From contig OZ241917.1 in assembly GCA_965203805.1 (NCBI GenBank), forward strand, positions 3,680,001-3,744,000: a stretch of 64,000 bases of DNA. Reading direction: 5' to 3'. Below are positions 57,201-64,000 of this stretch, piece by piece. The notes under the pieces are model-generated. The model searched no databases. It was not told where the DNA came from and saw only the letters and a program-made list of their open reading frames with translations. This stretch comes from Candidatus Latescibacterota bacterium (GTDB taxonomy: Bacteria > Latescibacterota > UBA2968 > GCA-2709665). The position numbers and the translations under genes are program-made. Position 1 is the first letter of the stretch. Each line of letters starts with the position of its first letter.

Positions 57201-57980
57201 TCAACGCGCCGTCCACCCGCCGTCCACAAACAGCGATGTGCCCGTCACATAGGTCGACGCGTCGCTGGCGAGAAAGAGGGCGGCGCCGCGGATCTCACGC
57301 ATCTCGCCCCACCGGTTGAACGCCGTCTGGCTGAGCAGACTCTTCACCTTGTCGGGCGTCTTCAACAGCGGACGGTTGATCTCTGTCAGAAACGGCCCCG
57401 GGCACAGCGCGTTGCACCGCACGCCGAAGGGCGCCCATTCCAGTGCGAGCGCGCGGGTCATGCCGGCAACCCCGGCCTTGGACGAACAATATGCCGAGCG
57501 TTCTGCCAGTCCCACGGCGCTGAGCGTGGACCCCACGTTGATGACCGATCCGCTTTTCTGACGGGTCATGATCGGCCCCGCGGCCCTGCAGCAGAGCCAG
57601 GATCCGGTCAGATTGGTCTCGACAACCTGCTTGAATTCGTCAACCGGAAAACGTTCTAACGGATGCCGGATGTTGATCCCGGCGCAGTTCACCAGAACAT
57701 CCAGCCGTCCCAACCGATCCGTGACCGCCTGCATCAGTTGCATAACATCATCATCCGACGTCACGTCGACGGCAAGTCCCAGGCTTTCGCGTCCCGTCTG
57801 CGCCGCGATCTCCGCCGCAACCGATTTACAGTCCGGCCCGTTTCTCGAACAGACCACGGTCACGGCGCCCGCTTCGGCCAGCGCCAGCGCCATTTCCCTG
57901 CCCAGGCCCTTCGATCCACCGGTAATCAGGGCCACTCTTTCATCCAGCCGAAAAAGATCCAGCGTCTTTGGCTCTGCCAT
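57201..57980 (-). CDS. SDR family oxidoreductase (gluconate 5-dehydrogenase-like)
   Basis: TGGSKGLG; NCAG; YCSSK; VDGGW. Confidence 0.92.
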   Translation of the reverse strand: MAEPKTLDLFRLDERVALITGGSKGLGREMALALAEAGAVTVVCSRNGPDCKSVAAEIAAQTGRESLGLAVDVTSDDDVMQLMQAVTDRLGRLDVLVNCAGINIRHPLERFPVDEFKQVVETNLTGSWLCCRAAGPIMTRQKSGSVINVGSTLSAVGLAERSAYCSSKAGVAGMTRALALEWAPFGVRCNALCPGPFLTEINRPLLKTPDKVKSLLSQTAFNRWGEMREIRGAALFLASDASTYVTGTSLFVDGGWTAR

Positions 57981-58043
57981 ATCCGCCTCCGCAGTCTGCT
58001 GTCCAGTTCCTCGAGTCAATTGCTGTTCGAAGCGATTCAACGA

Positions 58044-59147
58044 TTACAATTCGGCGAGAACCGTCCGCAATATTCCGCCGAACAATCTCCGCTCCTCCGG
58101 CGTCCCCACCGTTACCCTGAAACACCTGTCCAGAGGCGCCGCCATCGGTTTTCGCACAAACGCACCGTGCCGTTGCAGCGTCTCCAGAATCGTATTCGCG
58201 CGTTCTGTCGTTCCCGCATCGAACGCCACGAAATTCGTGGCTGAGGGCAACGTGGGCAAGCCGAGGCCCGCCCCCAGCCGCGCATAGTCCTCTCGCCCTT
58301 CCTCGACCGAGTTCACAACGCCGGCCACGAATTCCGTATCCTGGAGCGAGGCCAGCGCCCCCGCCTGCGCGACGCGGTTCACGCCATAGTGGTGCCGCAC
58401 CTTTTCAAGCGCTTCGACAACGACCGTGTCCGCAATTGCGTATCCGATCCGCGCCCCGGCCATCCCGTGCGCCTTCGAGAACGTGCGCATACGAATGACG
58501 CGCGGCCGGATCGGCGCCATCGGCAGCGGCGGGTCCTGGATGGAGAACTCCGAATACGCCTCATCCAGAATCAGCAGACACCGCTCGGGAAGCGATTCTT
58601 CAAACGACCGGATGTTTGCCGCCGTATGCCATGTGCCCGCCGGGTTGTCCGGATTCGACAGGTACGCCAATCCGGCTCCCGTCTCGGCGGCCGCTCCGGC
58701 CAACCCCTCGAGGTCATTTCTGTCGTCCCGGTAGGGCACGAAGCGCAAGAGGCCGCCGAACCCCGACACGTGGTAGTTGAAGGTCGGGTAAGCTCCCAGA
58801 GATGTCACGACGGTCTCGCCGGGCTCCACGAAGACCCGTACGACAAGCCCCAGAAGGTCGTCGATTCCACTGCCAACGCTGACGTTTTCGAACGGAACGC
58901 CGTGGAATCCGGCAATTGCGGCGCGGATTTCGTGGTTTTCAGGATCGTTGTACCAACTCACCCGATCGACCGCCCGGAACATGGCCTCGCGCGCCATCGG
59001 GGAGATCCCGAAGGCGCTTTCGTTGGCCCCCACCCTCACCCTGAATGCCTTTCCGCGCCGGCGCTCCAGGGCTTCGGGCCCCACGAAGGGCACCGATGCC
59101 GGCAGGCCGCGAACAATTCGGGTAAATGGAAACCCGCTATCCATCAT
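58044..59147 (-). CDS. PLP-dependent aminotransferase class I/II (HisC-like)
   Basis: ANES; NPDNPAG; DEAY; RTFSKAHGMAGARIGY. Confidence 0.92.
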   Translation of the reverse strand: MMDSGFPFTRIVRGLPASVPFVGPEALERRRGKAFRVRVGANESAFGISPMAREAMFRAVDRVSWYNDPENHEIRAAIAGFHGVPFENVSVGSGIDDLLGLVVRVFVEPGETVVTSLGAYPTFNYHVSGFGGLLRFVPYRDDRNDLEGLAGAAAETGAGLAYLSNPDNPAGTWHTAANIRSFEESLPERCLLILDEAYSEFSIQDPPLPMAPIRPRVIRMRTFSKAHGMAGARIGYAIADTVVVEALEKVRHHYGVNRVAQAGALASLQDTEFVAGVVNSVEEGREDYARLGAGLGLPTLPSATNFVAFDAGTTERANTILETLQRHGAFVRKPMAAPLDRCFRVTVGTPEERRLFGGILRTVLAEL

Positions 59148-59185
59148 CCGGACTCCATGGACGCAGAGATATTCTGGCGGCCGTC

Positions 59186-59295
59186 AACCTCAATTCGCCG
59201 AAAGACGACAGTCAAATTGGCCACAAAAGGCACAAAAAACACAGAAGGGACCGGCGCCAAACGGGTATTGAGGTCGTTCACGACGAATCCAGGTT
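59186..59295 (+). mobile_element. 110-bp MITE-like element
   Basis: Imperfect TIR AACCTCAATTCGCCG versus revcomp AACCTGGATTCGTCG; second copy at 35641-35734; internal 9-bp triplet. Confidence 0.65.
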
Positions 59296-59788
59296 AAAAG
59301 CGGATGCGGAACCGGATGCGGAATTCAAGGCCTTCCTCACCGGATCCATGAGGCGCCCCCCAGTCGACCTGGTCCAGATGCGCATCCACATAGGCATCGC
59401 CCATGCTGAACAGGATAAGGCCAATCGTGGTATATAGAAAGATATTCCGTTCCGGGGATGCATCGGTCGACCTGCGCTGGTTCAATTGGCTTCGGCGAAC
59501 AAAAAAAGCCGCCGCGGAACTCACCTGCGCGGCAGCGATAATGCTTCCTTTTATGGGCCGGCGATTATAAAACTGCCCCCATCCGGGCAGCGCCAGCGAC
59601 CGCAACATCGCACCCCGCGCGGCCCGGGTTTCGCGGATACTGTCCACGGCCGACGAATCCGGACGCGCGGCGGAAGCCGGAACCGCACAGGCGAGAATCG
59701 CCATTCCAGCGACGAACGCCAGAATCCTGGCGCCGGAACCCCCCGGATCCGAAGCAGCGGTTCCTCGCTTGCAGGCCTTGCGCTTCAC
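59294..59788 (-). CDS. DUF5683-like membrane protein
   Basis: AMLRSLALPGWGQFYN; DAYVDAHL. Confidence 0.8.
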   Translation of the reverse strand: MKRKACKRGTAASDPGGSGARILAFVAGMAILACAVPASAARPDSSAVDSIRETRAARGAMLRSLALPGWGQFYNRRPIKGSIIAAAQVSSAAAFFVRRSQLNQRRSTDASPERNIFLYTTIGLILFSMGDAYVDAHLDQVDWGAPHGSGEEGLEFRIRFRIRF

Positions 59789-59791
59789 GAT

Positions 59792-60730
59792 TCATGCTCC
59801 CATCGCCAATCTTGCCGCGCCCAGAATCCCGGCGTCGTCTCCAAGCATACCCGCCACAATCTTCACCCTCTCCTTCACGCCGACCGTACCGCGTTCCTGA
59901 AACGTCTTTCTGACCGGCTCAAACAGCCATTCTCCCGCGCGCGCCAGCCCCCCGCACAACGCAACCACCTCCACGTTCGTCACACTGACAAGGCTCACGA
60001 GCCCAATGCCCAGCAACGTGCCCGTCTCCTCGAACATATTGCGCGCGAATCCGTCACCTGCCTCCGCCGCCTCGAATATCGCCCGCGTCGTCAGACCCTG
60101 GGCGACCAACGGGGTTTCCGGCGTTTCCGTGATCAGCCGCTCGCGGGTCCGCCTCACCATCGCGGTCGCGGAAACGTAGAGTTCCAGACAGCCATAATTT
60201 CCGCAGGGGCAGCGGGGTCCGTTCCAGTCGATGGTAATGTGGCCCACCTCGGCCGCATTGCCGTTGAATCCGTGCATCAATTCGCCGTTGCATACCCAGC
60301 CGCCGCCCACGCCCGTGCCCAGCGTCACACACAAAAAATGGGGCGCCTTGCTGCCGGCGCCCCGCCACTGCTCGCCAAAAGCCGCGAGATTCGCGTCGTT
60401 GTCCACCACCACCGGCATTTCGAGCGCCGCCTCCAGCCGGTCTTTCAGGCGCACGCCGTGCATGCACGGCATGTTCTCCGGAGAAATGATGATGCCGTTA
60501 AAGGGATCCAGCGGGCCGGGCGCCCCGACGCCCACGCCGCGCACTTCCGTTCCGCCCCCCTCCCGGAGCACCTGCCTGACGCACGTCGCGATTCCTCCAA
60601 TCACACGATCACTGCCCAGGTCGGGGCGGGTGGGACATCGGAACCGGGCGACGATCTCGCCCGCGTCCGTCACCAGACCCGCGCGGGTATTGGTTCCGCC
60701 CAGGTCGACGCCAACCGTCAGTGCGCTCAC
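59792..60730 (-). CDS. ROK family sugar kinase
   Basis: GVDLGGT; DNDAN; TLGTGVGGG; EVGH..CPCGNYGCLE. Confidence 0.94.
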   Translation of the reverse strand: MSALTVGVDLGGTNTRAGLVTDAGEIVARFRCPTRPDLGSDRVIGGIATCVRQVLREGGGTEVRGVGVGAPGPLDPFNGIIISPENMPCMHGVRLKDRLEAALEMPVVVDNDANLAAFGEQWRGAGSKAPHFLCVTLGTGVGGGWVCNGELMHGFNGNAAEVGHITIDWNGPRCPCGNYGCLELYVSATAMVRRTRERLITETPETPLVAQGLTTRAIFEAAEAGDGFARNMFEETGTLLGIGLVSLVSVTNVEVVALCGGLARAGEWLFEPVRKTFQERGTVGVKERVKIVAGMLGDDAGILGAARLAMGA

Positions 60731-61368
60731 CTCTCCGCCCGCGCCTGTTTCACGGCGTCCACGAACGCCCGGGCGGTCGCCGTCAACTTCGCCCAGTCCC
60801 TGTCCGCCACCGCCTGTTTATCCACCATCGCGCTTCCGGCCCCCACCGCGCACGCGCCGGCCTTGATGAATTCCGGGGTCGTTCGGGCGTCGACACCGCC
60901 GGTGGGCATCAACCGCACCTGCGGAAGCGGTCCTTTAACGTCTTTGAAATAGGAAGGGCCGCCGACGCCCGCGGGGAACACTTTCACCACGTCGGCCCCG
61001 GCCTGCCAGGCGGCAAGAATCTCCGTAGGCGTGAAGCCCGCCGGCATCACCACCTTTCCGTATCGCCTGGCCATTGTGATAACATCCAGGTTCAGCGTGG
61101 GCCCCACGACGTATTCCGCACCCGACAGAATGGCCGCGCGCGCCGTCTCCGGGTCCAGGACGGATCCGACACCCACAATCGTATCCACCATTTTCGCGGA
61201 GGCTTCCTCAATGACCTTGAGCGCACCCGGCACGGTCATGGTCACCTCGATGGCAATCACGCCGCCTTCCCGCAACGCTTTGGATACGTCCATCAGTTCC
61301 GCGGGCGAATCCGCCCTCAGCACCGCCACCACGCCACAGTCGATGATTCGATCCAGCACACCGGCCAT
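60727..61368 (-). CDS. eda: KDPG/KHG aldolase
   Basis: VVAVLR; IEVT; FTPTE; VKVFP; PTGGV. Confidence 0.95.
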   Translation of the reverse strand: MAGVLDRIIDCGVVAVLRADSPAELMDVSKALREGGVIAIEVTMTVPGALKVIEEASAKMVDTIVGVGSVLDPETARAAILSGAEYVVGPTLNLDVITMARRYGKVVMPAGFTPTEILAAWQAGADVVKVFPAGVGGPSYFKDVKGPLPQVRLMPTGGVDARTTPEFIKAGACAVGAGSAMVDKQAVADRDWAKLTATARAFVDAVKQARAER

Positions 61369-61417
61369 TCGATATTCTCCTCTGTCTGTGCGATCGCGAG
61401 CCGCTCGTCCGGCGACC

Positions 61418-62461
61418 TTACCGCCGGATTCTGGCTGCGGCGCCCTTCATGGCCGCCTCCGCTTCCGCCCGGGTCGCCCAGTTGACGTCCCCCGGGAAGG
61501 TATGGGCAAGGGCCGAATACGCGCCCGCGAAATCCACCGCGGACTGGGGGTCGGCCCCTTCGATCAGGCCGGCAATGAGACCCGCCGAGAAACTGTCTCC
61601 CCCACCCACCCGGTCGACCATTTCCAGGTCTTCGTAGATTCGAGACAGGTAGAACGCCTCACCGTCGAACAGGAGCGTACGCCAGTCGTTCAGCAGCCCG
61701 GTCTTTGCTACCCGCAGCGTTGTGCCCACGAAATCCACATTGGGATACCTTTCGACCGCCCGCCGCGCCACGTCCTTGTAGCTTTCGGGGTCCAGTTGAC
61801 TGTAGTCCTCTTTCGAACCCTCCGCCTTCAACCCAAGGACCTTTTCAAAGTCCTCTTCGTTGCCGATCAGGACCTTGACCAGCGGAACTATCCTGCTGCT
61901 GGTTTTCTGCGCTTTTTCCGAACTCCACAGCTTCGACCGGAAGTTCAGATCGTAACTCGTCGTTACTCCGGCCTCGCTGGCCGCCTTGAGGGCTTCAAGC
62001 GTTGTGTCTGCGGCGCCGTCGGAAAGCGCAGGCGTGATACCGCTGACGTGAAACCATTTCGCGCCGTCAAAAATGGACTTCCAGTCCACCATGCCTGGCT
62101 CGATGTTCGATATCGCGGAATTCGCCCGGTCGTACGTCACCGCGCTGGCCCGCGGCCCGACGCCCAGTTCGATGTGGTAAAACCCGTTCCGTTCGAAACC
62201 GACCCCGTCGAAATCCACCCATTGGATATTGGACATGTCCACGCCGTGCTCCCGCCCCCGGTTCCGGATGACCCAACCCGTCCAATTGTCCACCAGTCGG
62301 GATATCCACGCCGTATTCAGCCCCAGATGAGCGCAGGCTACAGCGACGTTGTATTCGCCACCGCCTATCTCGACGTCGAGATTGTTGGAATTCTCGAGCC
62401 GGCGGTATCCCGGAGACGACAAGCGGATCATCGCCTCACCGAAGGTTACGACATCGTACAT
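61418..62461 (-). CDS. kdgK: 2-keto-3-deoxygluconate kinase (PfkB family)
   Basis: FGEAMIRLS; GGGEYNVA; YDLNFRSKLW; DRVGGGDSF; adjacent to eda. Confidence 0.88.
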   Translation of the reverse strand: MYDVVTFGEAMIRLSSPGYRRLENSNNLDVEIGGGEYNVAVACAHLGLNTAWISRLVDNWTGWVIRNRGREHGVDMSNIQWVDFDGVGFERNGFYHIELGVGPRASAVTYDRANSAISNIEPGMVDWKSIFDGAKWFHVSGITPALSDGAADTTLEALKAASEAGVTTSYDLNFRSKLWSSEKAQKTSSRIVPLVKVLIGNEEDFEKVLGLKAEGSKEDYSQLDPESYKDVARRAVERYPNVDFVGTTLRVAKTGLLNDWRTLLFDGEAFYLSRIYEDLEMVDRVGGGDSFSAGLIAGLIEGADPQSAVDFAGAYSALAHTFPGDVNWATRAEAEAAMKGAAARIRR

Positions 62462-62525
62462 TCATCTCTCCTCAAGAAAAATCCGCGGCTCTGAGGCCAA
62501 CGTTCGGAACACAGAACCCGCGTAT

Positions 62526-63221
62526 TCATTCATCGCTTCCGCCCAGGAAGCCGGACAGGATCAACATCCGGAACAGATGGAGCACCGCCACCAGCGCCGA
62601 CGCCACGTAGGTCCAGGCCGCTGCGTTCAATACCCTCCGGGCCGCGGGAATCTCTTCCCGGGTCAGATATCCGCCTTCGCGCAGGATGGAAATCGCCCGG
62701 CTGCTGGCATTGAACTCCACCGGCAACGTAACGAGCCCGAACAGGACGGCGAAGGAAAAGAACACGATGCCGAGTTGAAGCATCAGACCGGATTGAAAAA
62801 AGAACCCGATGACAAACAGGGGCATGCCGACCCAGGAGCCGAAATTGGCCACGGGCACGATATTCGTCCGCAGGCTCAAGGGAAAGTACCCATGCGCGTG
62901 CTGAAAGGCGTGACCCGCCTCGTGGGCCGCCACGCCGATGGCCGCAAGCGAACGCGATCCGTAGGTGCTGTCCGACAGACGCAACGTATGGTCTCTCGGA
63001 TCGTAGTGGTCGGTCAGATTGCCGTCCACGCTTTCAACCTTCACCGAAACACGGCCCCGCCTCAGAATGTCCCGGGCAACCTGGTCCGCGGTCCACCCGC
63101 TTCGGGAACCGAATTCATCGTATTTGGCGAATGTTCGCTTGACCTTGAAATGCGCCCACAGCGCCAGGATGAACCCGGGGATCACCAGTATCAGCGTCGG
63201 GTCCCAGAAGAGAGGAAACAT
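62526..63221 (-). CDS. Membrane zinc metallopeptidase (YugP-like)
   Basis: LTDHYDP; AAHEAGHA; TLPVEFNAS; AAAWTYV. Confidence 0.92.
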   Translation of the reverse strand: MFPLFWDPTLILVIPGFILALWAHFKVKRTFAKYDEFGSRSGWTADQVARDILRRGRVSVKVESVDGNLTDHYDPRDHTLRLSDSTYGSRSLAAIGVAAHEAGHAFQHAHGYFPLSLRTNIVPVANFGSWVGMPLFVIGFFFQSGLMLQLGIVFFSFAVLFGLVTLPVEFNASSRAISILREGGYLTREEIPAARRVLNAAAWTYVASALVAVLHLFRMLILSGFLGGSDE

Positions 63222-63315
63222 AAACGCAACACCTCCTTAGTGTGCTGTCCAAAAGTACCTCACTATTCTTCCAACGATTCATCCCGTCTCGCTGCAGTAT
63301 GATCTCCTGACTTCG

Positions 63316-63462
63316 GTAAGACGTTAGACGTGAGACGGTAGAGGAGGACTTTTACCGCAGCGTTTCCGCATTTACCGTGCCTGTTTCTCTAACCTTTATC
63401 GTAACGACAACAAAAACCATAAGGCACCCATGTCATCTCCCGACTCACCTCTCCCGTCTCAC
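63316..63462. repeat. Inverted pair of 7-bp-period arrays
   Basis: GTAAGAC GTTAGAC GTGAGAC GGTAGAG (63316-63343) facing ATCTCCC GACTCAC CTCTCCC GTCTCAC (63435-63462). Confidence 0.65.
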
Positions 63463-63507
63463 CGCCTTTAGAGAATTGCTGCTTTCCCACGGCCGAATTC
63501 AGGCAAC

Positions 63508-64000
63508 TTATTTCCGGGACAGAACACTGAAGTCTCCGAGGAACTCGCCGGCTTCGATGCGGTACCCGCGTACCAGTTCCGCGCCGCTCATCCGCGCCTT
63601 GCCGGACGGTTGTACTTCCTGAAGCGCGACGGCTCCGTCTCCGGCGGCCACCACACATCCCGTCCTGCCGTCCGCCACGACCACCTCGCCGGGCATCCCC
63701 GCGCCGGCGGCGGCCGTCGTTCGGTGCACCTTCAGGGTTCCGCCTCTCCAGGTCGTAAACGCCCCTGGAAAGGGATTGGTTCCGCGAACCAGATTGCGGA
63801 CAGACACAGCGCCGCGCGCCCAGTCGATCCGTCCGTCCTCCTTCTCGAGCCGGGGCGCCCTGGTGACCCCGGTCTTCGGCTGCGGGGTCGGCGCCAATGC
63901 GTCTTTCTCCAGCCCGTCGACGACGTTCGCAATCGCATCCGCCCCCAATTCCCGCAGCCGATCCGAAAGCTCTCCGGCCGTCTCGTCGGGCCCGATTCCC
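63508..64000 (-). CDS. fmt: Methionyl-tRNA formyltransferase, 3' part (runs off the window)
   Basis: APRLEKEDGRIDW; VRGTNPFPGAFT; EVQPSGKARMS. Confidence 0.92.
   Translation of the reverse strand, partial: GIGPDETAGELSDRLRELGADAIANVVDGLEKDALAPTPQPKTGVTRAPRLEKEDGRIDWARGAVSVRNLVRGTNPFPGAFTTWRGGTLKVHRTTAAAGAGMPGEVVVADGRTGCVVAAGDGAVALQEVQPSGKARMSGAELVRGYRIEAGEFLGDFSVLSRK

Noticed and set aside
60571-60578. CCTGCCTG half-site in the ROK gene, and CAGGCAGG near 56898
   Set aside because: No partner arm and no extra residues in the proteins, so these are chance matches rather than hairpin insertions.
1-64000. CRISPR array, cas genes, rRNA, reverse transcriptase or integrase
   Set aside because: No regularly spaced repeat-spacer array or diagnostic motifs were seen.

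Overview
Bacterial, mostly GC-rich window. Gene content and style suggest an FCB-group organism such as Latescibacterota or Gemmatimonadota, which is an inference. The left half (1-29 kb) is accessory DNA ending at a tRNA-Lys(CTT) gene. It holds a complete IS5-family element whose transposase carries three short CCTGYCTG...CAGGCAGG hairpin insertions, an HNH nuclease, and three envelope or transport genes. It also holds a ~20 kb defence island built on a type I R-M operon (hsdM, hsdS, and an hsdR with a C-terminal Schlafen/AlbA_2 domain). That operon is interrupted by HigA, an AAA ATPase, AbiEi/AbiEii, a REase-TPR-PIN giant protein, an Mrr-type nuclease, IrrE/ImmA + DUF4411 and Fic. The accessory region also contains five antitoxin-like genes without toxins and two families of operator-like repeats at module junctions. 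The right half (29-64 kb) is housekeeping: moaC/moeA, Rne/Rng, rplU/rpmA, mdh, acnA, LysR, gpmI, sucC, dnaK, a ccm operon, hydrolases, SDRs, ROK/eda/kdgK and fmt. MITE-like elements, REP-like hairpins and 7-bp periodic repeats are scattered through it. All family assignments come from motif recognition by eye; no searches were run.
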